From Coleofasciculus chthonoplastes F2-STO-03 (GTDB taxonomy: Bacteria > Cyanobacteriota > Cyanobacteriia > Cyanobacteriales > Coleofasciculaceae), in assembly GCA_040222015.1 (NCBI GenBank), contig JAVJWO010000005.1:16823-80822 (forward strand): a stretch of 64,000 nt of DNA, in the 5' to 3' direction. Positions within the stretch are counted from its first letter, which is position 1; the number at the start of each line of letters is the position of its first letter. Positions 10,164 through 18,898 of the stretch are shown piece by piece. A model generated the notes under the pieces. The model worked only from the letters and a program-made list of their open reading frames with translations, ran no database searches and was not told the DNA's origin. The position numbers and the translations under genes were made by a program.

Positions 10164-11591
10164 TTATGAAGATAATAATTGAGCAACGGCTGCTTCCATA
10201 TCCCCCATTGATATTTCCGGGTCAGTAGGATAAGCTGCACGAGACCACTGCACCAAATATTGGGGACCTACATTGTCATCTACCGAGCTACCGCCAAAGA
10301 AACCTGTGCCGATTACTGGTCCGGGAGTCAGATTGGTAGAGACACCGCTGGAGCCTTTGACCCCCTGGGTATTCACCGCAATTCGGCAGACTGGTAATGC
10401 CGCAGTATAACGGGCTACAACTACAGGGTCATTACTGTGAATCACGGCGGAGTGCCCTTTGCCAATCAGTTCAAGCATTGCTAAAGCCGTGTCAATTGCC
10501 GCTTGTACCCCGTCAACTGTAATATATCCAATCACTGGAAACAATTTCTCTTGGCTGAGGGGTTCATCTGCACCCACGGCGTCAAGGGTAACCACCAGGC
10601 TTTTGGTATCCTCTGGTACAGAAAAACCTGCCTGCTGTGCAATCCAGAGCGCATTTTTTCCCTGAGCGGCAGGATTGACTCCAGCGTTAGAGAAAAGATA
10701 AGCACGCAATTTTTGCTCGGCTTCTCCTGTGACAAAATATCCGCCCGATCTACCCATAGCCGCTTTGAGCTGAGGATTAATGGAATGATCGGCAAGTACC
10801 ACGGATTCACAGACGCAAGGCAGTCCATTATCGAAACTGTTGCTGGCGATAATTTGTTGTGCGGCAACAGTAATGTCAGCTGACTGATGCACGAAACAGG
10901 GCACATTACCCGGTCCCATACCGATGGCGGGATTACCGGAACGGTAAGCTGCACGCACTCGGTTTGGACCACCGGTTGCCAGAATTAGGCTAACACGGGG
11001 CGATTCCATCAAACAGTTCAGGGCGAGGATACTGGGGTTATGGATGGTTTGAATCGCACCTGCGGGTGCACCAGCTTTCTCAGCCACTTCCGCCATTAAA
11101 TGAATGGCGTGTATCGAGCATTCTTTAGCCGCAGGGTGAGGGGAAAAAATAACGGTATTACGAGTCATCATGCTGACTATCGCCTTATAATACACTGTCA
11201 TCACTGGATTGGTGCTGGGTATTAGAGCAGCGATAATGCCTGCGGGCTTGGGAAAGCTAATAATTTTCTGCTCATAATCAATAACGGGATCTATAAAATC
11301 AGCAGCTTGGTATCTTTCTAGTAGACCAATTGAACAGTCAAGATTTTTTTTCACATTATCATTAACGTTACCGTAGCCAGTATCACGTACTAACCATTCA
11401 GCATAGAATTCAGCCTTCTCCTTTCCTGCATGACTCATCGCCTGAATAATTTTTTGTATCTGTGCTGTGGTATGAGTACTAAAAATACGTGCAGCCCTTT
11501 GAGCTCTATCGATTAGCCAATCGACTTCCTGTTGAATTTGATTCGATTCTGCCTGATGACTAATAGTATTCACTGCTTTTACCTTGATCAA
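10164..11591 (-). CDS. CoA-acylating aldehyde dehydrogenase / acyl-CoA reductase (AdhE-N/EutE/PduP-like)
   Basis: AALIPSTNPV, SPHP.A, LATGGP, GMGPGNVP, SFDNGLPCVCES (catalytic Cys), EKLFPV, GHSAVIHS; TTG start uncertain. Confidence 0.88.
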   Translation of the reverse strand: MIKVKAVNTISHQAESNQIQQEVDWLIDRAQRAARIFSTHTTAQIQKIIQAMSHAGKEKAEFYAEWLVRDTGYGNVNDNVKKNLDCSIGLLERYQAADFIDPVIDYEQKIISFPKPAGIIAALIPSTNPVMTVYYKAIVSMMTRNTVIFSPHPAAKECSIHAIHLMAEVAEKAGAPAGAIQTIHNPSILALNCLMESPRVSLILATGGPNRVRAAYRSGNPAIGMGPGNVPCFVHQSADITVAAQQIIASNSFDNGLPCVCESVVLADHSINPQLKAAMGRSGGYFVTGEAEQKLRAYLFSNAGVNPAAQGKNALWIAQQAGFSVPEDTKSLVVTLDAVGADEPLSQEKLFPVIGYITVDGVQAAIDTALAMLELIGKGHSAVIHSNDPVVVARYTAALPVCRIAVNTQGVKGSSGVSTNLTPGPVIGTGFFGGSSVDDNVGPQYLVQWSRAAYPTDPEISMGDMEAAVAQLLSS

Positions 11592-11621
11592 AGCTTAGGG
11601 AAACTGGAGGACAAAATCATC

Positions 11622-11660
11622 CCAGTTGTAGAGAAAGTCATGGAAAGTCTCTACAACTGG
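11622..11660. repeat. CCAGTTGTAGAGA...TCTCTACAACTGG REP-like palindrome upstream of the cluster operon
   Basis: 13-bp perfect inverted arms; GTAGAGAC family. Confidence 0.75.
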
Positions 11661-11669
11661 ATCGACGAT

Positions 11670-11703
11670 TTAGGAAGCCCAAAGGACTAAGCTCGGTTCA
11701 TAG
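11670..11703 (-). pseudogene. Relic 3' end of a second glgP allele (YEPSLVLWAS*)
   Basis: 30/34 nt identical to the glgP end at 3124-3157; 3 of the 4 differences are synonymous. Confidence 0.8.
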
Positions 11704-11854
11704 CCAGCATTTCTCACAAGTTTTGCCATCTGAGACGTCAAAACCTTTGCCTGGAGAATGTTTTGAGCATTTTTGACCTAGCCGGAATTTTGACAGAGTG
11801 TTGAAAGCCTTATTGTACAGTTAATCCAGGTTGTATGGAACCTTTGGGCAATTG

Positions 11855-11980
11855 AGTTTAACGCTAAAGTGCCATCGGCAACGGGTTGAGACGCATCCAT
11901 TGCTTCAAGGTCTATTTACGCTCAAAAGCCTATAGAGACGTGCCTTTGCGCGTCTTGGAACTCGCCGTTGAGGAAAAAAG
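11855..11980 (+). repeat. 126-bp direct repeat, copy 2 (right boundary of the biosynthetic island)
   Basis: Matches 5798-5923 at an offset of 6057 bp. Confidence 0.95.
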
Positions 11981-12394
11981 TCGGATATCTATAGATGACC
12001 TAGGCTCAAACCCTGTTGGGTATTGTACCTTCATCCTGAGCGTGAGTAGACTTTGCCTATCAACATGGAGACCAGCATTGGGTATGATTAGAAAAGTTGT
12101 TGCAAAACGCAACACAATCGCCAATTCGATGATTCATACCTCTGGGAGATATTCAAGATGCTGACACTCAAGATTGTGGTCTATATCGTTGTTAGTATTT
12201 TCGTTGCCTTATTCGTGTTTGGCTTCCTGTCAAACGATCCGGCTCGTAACCCCAAGCGACGGGATTTGGAGTAAATTATACTTTGCTTCATCCCTGAGTT
12301 TTTCAAAGGGGCGAGGCGTATCTCGCCCCGCTGTGATTAGGCGCGGTAAGGCGGTACGCTTCGGATTTGTTCCTTCGACCGTTATTGTTGAAAA

Positions 12395-15391
12395 ATGCCC
12401 CAACCCGTTCAGCCGCCTGAAACTCCTGCCATTATTCAATCGTTAACGACTGAGGACGCTGTTGCTCCCCTTTCGTCCTCACCTCTGAGTTCAGTACCGA
12501 CTCGCCTTCCCCAGCAAACGCCAAAGGGATTAGCGACACCAACCCCACCCGAAACGTTACCGCCGGAATTTTCTGATCAGATAACACCCTCACAGGCTGC
12601 CCAGTTGGGACTACCGATTTCTGCTCGTTATTCTGCCCGAGAGAACCAAGGAACCGAGGTGTCACAGAGCAGAGATGCCAGGACAAGTGTAGCGGATGAG
12701 GATTTACCGTTAAGTCACACTGGAGACTCCCGCGATCGCACGCCGCAATCCTTGATATCCAGTCCTGTGGAATCCTTACCCTTGGGTGGAAACAATGCAG
12801 AGGCTCCCAGTCAGAGGCTTCAAGGAAATGAGGTAAAAGGACGTGAGGACTTTTTAGACGGACAGGATAAGATACCTGCTCACCGTTCAATAAATGCGGT
12901 TCATTCACCTCAGCAAAAGTTTGTAACCACCTGCGAACCATCAGGCGAGCAGAGGAGGAATGTAGAGACGTGCCATGGCGAGTCTGAGAGCAGGTTAGCA
13001 GAAGAGATGGGAACAGCTAAGGATTTGCTACCATGCTGCACGAGTCAAACGGCAAATGCCCAGTCTGACTCGATCTCAACTACGCTAAATCCGTCATTGA
13101 CTATAGGTCAACAACCAAGGACTAATGACCAAAGAAAAGCAGAAGAGAGTTATAAGCCAGAAGGCAGAAGGCAGAGGGAAGAAGGGATTGATTCCGATGC
13201 TTTCAGCACGAACTTAACCTCTGAGACAACGAATGCGAACCCGGTAGGTTTTTCCGGTGTAACCTTGGAACTCTCAACTATCGAACGTATCATCACTCAA
13301 GAGCGGGGAGGAGAGATCAGAGAATTTGAATTTACAAGCCCATCATCCGATATTCCAGCGTTACCTGACCCAAAGATAGTGCCGGCGCCGGATCTTCATC
13401 AGCGACAGCCGCGATCGCAAACCTCCCAGCCAACCCCTGATGCTTCCGCCTCAGAAGATACTGAACCTGCGGCTCCCGGTCCGATCACAGGGGTGCTGGA
13501 AGTAACCGCCGATCAACAGGAATATGATCAACAACGACAGGTGATTACCGCCCAAGGGGATGTCCTGTTGCGGTTTCGCGGCGCTCTGCTGGAAGCGGAT
13601 CGCGTCCAAGTTAACCTACCAAATCGGATTTTGGTGGCTGAGGATAATGTGGTGTTGACCCGAGGAAATCAGGTTTTACGAGGTCAACGCTTTGAGTATT
13701 CCTTTGTCCAGGATAGCGGTGTGATTTTTGATGCCAGTGGAGAATTATATGTGCCGACATCAGGTACTGATTTAACCATCTTGCCCTCTCCGGCTGATCC
13801 CAATGCGCCCCAAGAACAACGACCAATTAGCGATCGCGTTCTCAGCAATCAACCCCTTCAAGACATAACCAATCCCGGCTTTTACTCCTTCTTTATCGGC
13901 GGCAGCTTTGGCACCACAACAACCGGAAATTTCTCGAATGTCGTTTCCGGTGCGCCACAGGCGGCAGGAACAATCAACCGATTCCGCTATGAAGCCGATC
14001 GCATTGACTTTGAAGGTTCAGAAGCGATCGCTCAAAATGTGCGGATCACCAATGACCCCTTTTCCCCACCTGAACTAGAATTGCGAGCTCAAACGGCTCG
14101 ATTTCGCCGGATTTCGCCCTTAGTGGATGAAATCGTTGCCACTCGCCCACGACTGGTATTTGACCAAGGGTTATCAGTACCCACATTTCGGAATCGGGTA
14201 GTGATTGATCGTCGGGAACGGGAACCCGGTTTAATTCAGTTTGGCTTCGATGATGATGATCGGGGTGGTTTATTTATCGAGCGATCGTTTAATATTGTCA
14301 ATACTCCAGGGGTACTATTTAAACTCACCCCCCAATACTTTCTCCAGAGAGCCGTCCTTGGTGAAAGAAACCCCAATACCCCAGACAAAGATGATGATGG
14401 TCTTTTAGACCCCTCCTCCTTTGGTCTCAAAGCCCAACTAGATGCCACCTTTACCCCCCGAACCACCCTACGGGCTTCAGCCACCTTCACCAGCCTTGAT
14501 CCGGATGATTTTGAAGAAGAACTCAGAGCCAGTGTGCGACTCCAACAGGTTATCGGTACCGATTTACCGCATAACTTGAATCTGGAATATAGCTTTCGCG
14601 ATCGCCTCTTTAACGGTTCCTTGGGTTTTCAAACCGTACAGCAGAGTCTGGGAGCGGTGATCACATCCCCAGTAATTCGCTTAGGGGACACGGGTATCAA
14701 TCTCACCTATCAAGCAGGGATTCAGGCAATTAACGCTAGGACAGACCGACAAGACTTGCTACCCCCTCCTCCACGAGATAATAATCGTATTGATCTAACG
14801 CGCTATCAAGCCAGTGCTACGTTAAGCCGAAGTTTCACACTCTGGCGAGGTGAGGCTTTGCCCTTAACCCCCACCGAAGGGTTACGATATACACCCAGAC
14901 CTGTGGTTCCTTTTTTGGCAGTGCAGGGAGTAGTCACCGGGGTTGCTAGTGCCTATAGTAGTGGCGATACCCAGGAATCCCTCAGTGGTACAGTTGGGCT
15001 TGTGGGTCAGCTTGGGCATTTTTCCCGACCCTATCTCGACTACACTCGATTTAATCTCAGCTACACTCAGGTTGCACGGGGTAACTTATCCCCATTGCGG
15101 TTTGACCGAGTGGCTGATCGAGTTGTGCTTTCTGCTGGCATTAGCCAACAAATCTACGGTCCGTTTCTGGCTGGTTTTCAGACCTCTTTCAATTTGGACA
15201 CGGGTGAGGAAATCAGTACAGATTTATTCTTGGAGTACAGCCGTCGCACCTACAGCCTTCTCCTACGCTACAATCCAGTTCAGGAGTTAGGTTCGATTAG
15301 CTTACGAATTAATGATTTTAATTGGGCAGGGAATCCGGGACTGTTTGATGGTTCCGCCATTCGCCCCGTTGTGCAGGGAGTAACTCGCTAA
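12395..15391 (+). CDS. DUF3769 / LptD(OstA)-like outer-membrane LPS assembly protein with a long low-complexity N-terminus
   Basis: LEVTADQQEYDQQRQVITAQGDV OstA-like domain, ITNDPFSPPELEL, C-terminal beta-barrel-type LRYNPV..GSISLRINDFNW. Confidence 0.8.
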   Translation: MPQPVQPPETPAIIQSLTTEDAVAPLSSSPLSSVPTRLPQQTPKGLATPTPPETLPPEFSDQITPSQAAQLGLPISARYSARENQGTEVSQSRDARTSVADEDLPLSHTGDSRDRTPQSLISSPVESLPLGGNNAEAPSQRLQGNEVKGREDFLDGQDKIPAHRSINAVHSPQQKFVTTCEPSGEQRRNVETCHGESESRLAEEMGTAKDLLPCCTSQTANAQSDSISTTLNPSLTIGQQPRTNDQRKAEESYKPEGRRQREEGIDSDAFSTNLTSETTNANPVGFSGVTLELSTIERIITQERGGEIREFEFTSPSSDIPALPDPKIVPAPDLHQRQPRSQTSQPTPDASASEDTEPAAPGPITGVLEVTADQQEYDQQRQVITAQGDVLLRFRGALLEADRVQVNLPNRILVAEDNVVLTRGNQVLRGQRFEYSFVQDSGVIFDASGELYVPTSGTDLTILPSPADPNAPQEQRPISDRVLSNQPLQDITNPGFYSFFIGGSFGTTTTGNFSNVVSGAPQAAGTINRFRYEADRIDFEGSEAIAQNVRITNDPFSPPELELRAQTARFRRISPLVDEIVATRPRLVFDQGLSVPTFRNRVVIDRREREPGLIQFGFDDDDRGGLFIERSFNIVNTPGVLFKLTPQYFLQRAVLGERNPNTPDKDDDGLLDPSSFGLKAQLDATFTPRTTLRASATFTSLDPDDFEEELRASVRLQQVIGTDLPHNLNLEYSFRDRLFNGSLGFQTVQQSLGAVITSPVIRLGDTGINLTYQAGIQAINARTDRQDLLPPPPRDNNRIDLTRYQASATLSRSFTLWRGEALPLTPTEGLRYTPRPVVPFLAVQGVVTGVASAYSSGDTQESLSGTVGLVGQLGHFSRPYLDYTRFNLSYTQVARGNLSPLRFDRVADRVVLSAGISQQIYGPFLAGFQTSFNLDTGEEISTDLFLEYSRRTYSLLLRYNPVQELGSISLRINDFNWAGNPGLFDGSAIRPVVQGVTR

Positions 15392-15407
15392 TTAAAAAGG
15401 CACGTCT

Positions 15408-15535
15408 GTAGGGGCGGGTTTAGGGACTTTCGTTTGGTTATTGATGATAACGTTTATTCAAAACCCGCCCTGACCAATGTGTAGGGGCGGGTTTGACTAT
15501 TCGCGTTACACCCGACACCCCACACCCCACACCCA
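15408..15535. repeat. REP cluster plus CACCCCA heptamer repeats
   Basis: GTAGGGGCGGGTTT x2, AAACCCGCCC, ACACCCC tandem. Confidence 0.8.
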
Positions 15536-15936
15536 GTAGTACCCTCCAGCTCACCATAGTGCCATGGCACGGAAAGGAACATGGCTCCTCCTGAATCCCG
15601 GCTCTTGGACGAGAAAGTATAATCTGAGTGGAAGCCACATTGCCCCAAAAGAAGGTTAAGCTAGATGAAAAAAGGTAATCTCTATAACCGACTGGGTGCA
15701 TATCATCGGATCTTGATAAAATAAATGACTGATTAATTCCTCTAACCAAATCTATATGGTATGATAATAAATTTTACCAACGAAAATAAGTTTAGAAATT
15801 GGGGAATTGGCAATATACCGAGAGAAAAAAGGATAGCTGAAAACAATACTCAGCTAGCTTTGAGGTTAAAAGACGAACAAAAATTAACCCCCTTAACTTA
15901 TTGTTTCTAACTCAAGCAGAAACCGGAGTACACAGA

Positions 15937-17640
15937 ATGAGTCAGGCAGATAAACTCAAATTATTGATAGTGGACGATGAGCCTGACAATTTAGATTTAT
16001 TATATAGAACGTTCCGACGAGAGTTTCGGGTTTATAAAGCGGATGGGGCAATGAGCGCTCTGAGCATTTTGGATGAACACGGAGAAATGGCGATCATTAT
16101 CTCTGATCAACGAATGCCCGTGATGAATGGTACAGAATTCCTGGGGAAAACCGTTGATCGCTTTCCAGATACGATTCGGATTCTGTTAACCGGGTATACA
16201 GACGTTGAAGATTTAGTAGAAGCCATTAACTCTGGCAAAGTCTTTAAATATATTACCAAACCCTGGAATCCGGAAAGTCTGAAAGTCATCGTTCAACAAG
16301 CAGCCGATACGTACCGAGTCCTCAAACAACGAACCAATGAACTGAGCCGCGCGTTACGCCGCGAAGAACTCTTTAATGTGGTGACAACAGCCATTCGCGA
16401 GTCACTAGACTATAGCAGTATGTTGCAAACCGTTGTCACCACGATTGGTCAAACCTTCGAGACGACGAGTTGTATCCTGCAACCTGTGGATGGTAATCAC
16501 CTGATTTCAGACTCATTTTCTTACCAAGCTGAGTCAACAAAAGATTCTGAATCGTTACCTGATGTTGAACCGATTGTGCAAAATGTGCTGGAAAACTGGA
16601 AAACTCAGCTTATTCAACAGCTCAGTGATGGTAATCATTCGGTGCATCTGGTTGTTCCTCTGATTTGGCAACAACAGCTATTGGGAGTGTTATCGCTTTA
16701 TAAGCAACAGTGTGATCAGCCTTGGATGTCAGAGGACATTAAACTCATTGAAGCTGTTGCTGAACAGGCAGCCTTAGCCATTTCTCAGGCAAAACTCTAC
16801 CAACGCACTCAGTTACAAGCCGAACAGATGCGGGCTGAATTGGAGGTAGCTCGCCAGATTCAAAATAATTTGTTGCGCCAAAGTTTACCTGAGGTGGAAG
16901 GGGTCAGAGTTCAAGCTCACTGCTACCCCGCACGAGAAGTTGGCGGTGATTTTTTTGAAGTCTACGTGCATCCTCAAGGCGATGTTTGGCTAGCCGTTGG
17001 TGATGTGTCGGGAAAGGGAGTGCCTGCGGCTTTATTTATGGCAAGTGCGATTTCTATCTTGCGCCGAGAATTGGCTCAAGAAATCTCTCCCGAACCGGAG
17101 GTAGTGATGCGAAACCTGAACAGTATTATGTCAGATGATCTGTTCAGTACCAATTGTTTTATCACGATGGTATTAGCGCGATATACACCAACCTCGCGAC
17201 AGCTTGTCTATGCAAATGCGGGTCACATTTATCCGTTGGTTTGGGCGCATCGTTTAGTTGCCCAACAGCAATCTGCACCGGAATCCTCTGTCACCGTCAA
17301 ACCGGATTACCTGAAAACTCGGGGAATTCCCCTGGGTATTCTTCCGAAGTGGCAGGCGGACGCTGGAACGTTGACGTTACATTCAGGAGATGTTGTGCTG
17401 CTGATCAGTGATGGGATTACAGAAGCAACGGTTAAGGATTTAAAAGACTACACCCATTCTCAAAACTCTAAAAATGGTAAATCCTTGACTAATTCAATGC
17501 TGGGGACATCGGGTCTTTGGCAACTTCTACTTCAGGAGCCAGCTCCCTTTAATTTACCCCATTTATTAGTTCGCATCCGCGAGGAGACTAACAATGTTCA
17601 GGAAGATGACCAAACAATTCTCTCTATGGAGGTTTTATAG
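15937..17640 (+). CDS. REC-GAF-PP2C (SpoIIE/RsbU-type) serine phosphatase
   Basis: LLIVDDEPDN receiver, GAF segment, EVGGDFF, VGDVSGKGVPAAL, SDGITEA, EDDQT. Confidence 0.92.
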   Translation: MSQADKLKLLIVDDEPDNLDLLYRTFRREFRVYKADGAMSALSILDEHGEMAIIISDQRMPVMNGTEFLGKTVDRFPDTIRILLTGYTDVEDLVEAINSGKVFKYITKPWNPESLKVIVQQAADTYRVLKQRTNELSRALRREELFNVVTTAIRESLDYSSMLQTVVTTIGQTFETTSCILQPVDGNHLISDSFSYQAESTKDSESLPDVEPIVQNVLENWKTQLIQQLSDGNHSVHLVVPLIWQQQLLGVLSLYKQQCDQPWMSEDIKLIEAVAEQAALAISQAKLYQRTQLQAEQMRAELEVARQIQNNLLRQSLPEVEGVRVQAHCYPAREVGGDFFEVYVHPQGDVWLAVGDVSGKGVPAALFMASAISILRRELAQEISPEPEVVMRNLNSIMSDDLFSTNCFITMVLARYTPTSRQLVYANAGHIYPLVWAHRLVAQQQSAPESSVTVKPDYLKTRGIPLGILPKWQADAGTLTLHSGDVVLLISDGITEATVKDLKDYTHSQNSKNGKSLTNSMLGTSGLWQLLLQEPAPFNLPHLLVRIREETNNVQEDDQTILSMEVL

Positions 17641-18069
17641 TTGATGAAAACGGAGCTGCATGTACCAAGTGACTTGAAGTTTTTGACAATTGTCGAAAGC
17701 TGGTTACTGGGAAGTTTGGAAGTAGCGTTAGAAGATTCAGTGGATTGGCAACGTCAATCGAGTCGGTTAAGACTGGCGTTAGTTGAAGCCTATTCCAATG
17801 TGGTGCGTCATGCTCATCGAGATCAACCCAATTTACCGATTTTGATTCGCTTGGAACTCAAAGAGCGAGACATTGCTTTGGAAATTTGGGATCACGGCAA
17901 AGGGTATGACATCACCAACTATAATCAACCTTCTCCAGAGGCGAAACAGGAAAGCGGATATGGTTGGCTGATTATGCAAAAGCTGATGGATCGAGTTGAG
18001 TATCGCTTGCAGATCAATGGTCGTAATTGTCTGAAGATGGAGACGAGCTTACCTAAGGCTGACGAATGA
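17641..18069 (+). CDS. Anti-sigma regulatory factor (RsbW-like HATPase kinase)
   Basis: LALVEAYSNVVRHA, IWDHGKG, ESGYGW; directly abuts the phosphatase gene. Confidence 0.9.
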   Translation: MMKTELHVPSDLKFLTIVESWLLGSLEVALEDSVDWQRQSSRLRLALVEAYSNVVRHAHRDQPNLPILIRLELKERDIALEIWDHGKGYDITNYNQPSPEAKQESGYGWLIMQKLMDRVEYRLQINGRNCLKMETSLPKADE

Positions 18070-18341
18070 TTGATAATTTTACCCCATTTACTGAAAGCTT
18101 GTGGTATAATGCCTGCGAGGACAGCAATTGTTACAATAAATTACAAAAATACCGCTATTCCTAATTAAATCTATAAGCTTTGTTAAATTTGCTTGATATA
18201 GATGTCTGAATCTATAGGATTTTAAATAAGTCAAGCCTAAAGATCGACTTGACCTTATTTTAAGGATACCCTTGTTTCGAGGACTGGTGAGCCTCTGAAA
18301 CCAAGAGTTAGCTGTTAAGTTTAGTGCAACCCATCATTCCT

Positions 18342-18575
18342 GTCAGGAACCCCATAGAAGACAGCTAGGGGCTTGATTCAAGCCCAAACCTGACCAGCCT
18401 AAGACCTACGCGGTCTACGTTATGCCTAAGCGTTAAAGCTCCTACCTTGGGGTGCGTGCCAGCCCCAAGCTCTAGAACTCCAGCATTAAACAAGCTTACA
18501 GGGTTAAACCAGTGTGTTGGAGATAGTACCGAGGCATAACTTATGCGAGGCAAACTTCACCCTGGAAACAGGAGA
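18342..18575 (+). ncRNA. HEARO / omegaRNA scaffold
   Basis: TGACCAGCCTAAG..CTACGTT, CTACCTTGGGGTGCGTGCCAGCCCCAAGCTCTAG, TTAAACA, AACTTATGCGAGGCAAAC..ACC motifs directly upstream of a PLMP-type ORF; boundaries approximate. Confidence 0.8.
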
Positions 18576-18585
18576 TAACCAACTC

Positions 18586-18798
18586 ATGTTTGTATTCGTT
18601 GTAGACAAAAACAGAAATGCTCTTAATCCATGTCATCCTGCACGGGCTAGGAAGTTTCTCAAGTCTGGGAGGGCAGTTGTGCTGGTGCGAACTACAGGTA
18701 GTTTCAATATCTTGACAGCCAATGGTTTAGTCCAAGGTATTAACTACAAATATTGCAGTCACGTACACGGGAAAGATGGATACCAATATAGCTTCTAA
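18586..18798 (+). pseudogene. iscB: Internally deleted iscB: PLMP/RRXRR N-terminus fused in frame to the extreme C-terminus (70 aa)
   Basis: VFVVDKNRNALNPCHPARARKFLKSGRA then VLVRTTGSFNI...VQGINYKYC..VHGKDGYQY; RuvC and HNH domains absent; GGAG RBS upstream. Confidence 0.85.
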
Positions 18799-18898
18799 AG
18801 AAGTCCTGTCGGACTGCTATTTATGTAAGGGGACGAATTCCTCCCCATACATAAATGACAGAGGTTTCCATTCGTCCCCTTACCAACCCTAATTTTCG

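Larger units (their letters stand above)
18342..18898 (+). mobile_element. Non-autonomous IS200/IS605-family IscB (OMEGA) element
   Basis: Starts GTCAGGAACCCC with a terminal hairpin, then omegaRNA/HEARO scaffold and truncated iscB; other end has hairpin TAAGGGGACGAAT/ATTCGTCCCCTTA and is followed immediately by ATGA. Confidence 0.8.

Noticed and set aside
6017..11591. Glycopeptide/dihydroxyphenylglycine pathway or tellurite-resistance operon
   Set aside because: No dpgC, aminotransferase or NRPS, and no terA/C/D/Z genes in the window
11886..12164. 92-aa ORF (and overlapping 11930-12124) as genes
   Set aside because: It starts inside the 126-bp repeat/REP, has no recognisable domain, and the other repeat copy does not continue into the same sequence
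18514..18585. TTG-start extension of the mini-iscB ORF
   Set aside because: It lies within the omegaRNA scaffold; ATG 18586 with a GGAG RBS matches typical IscB N-termini
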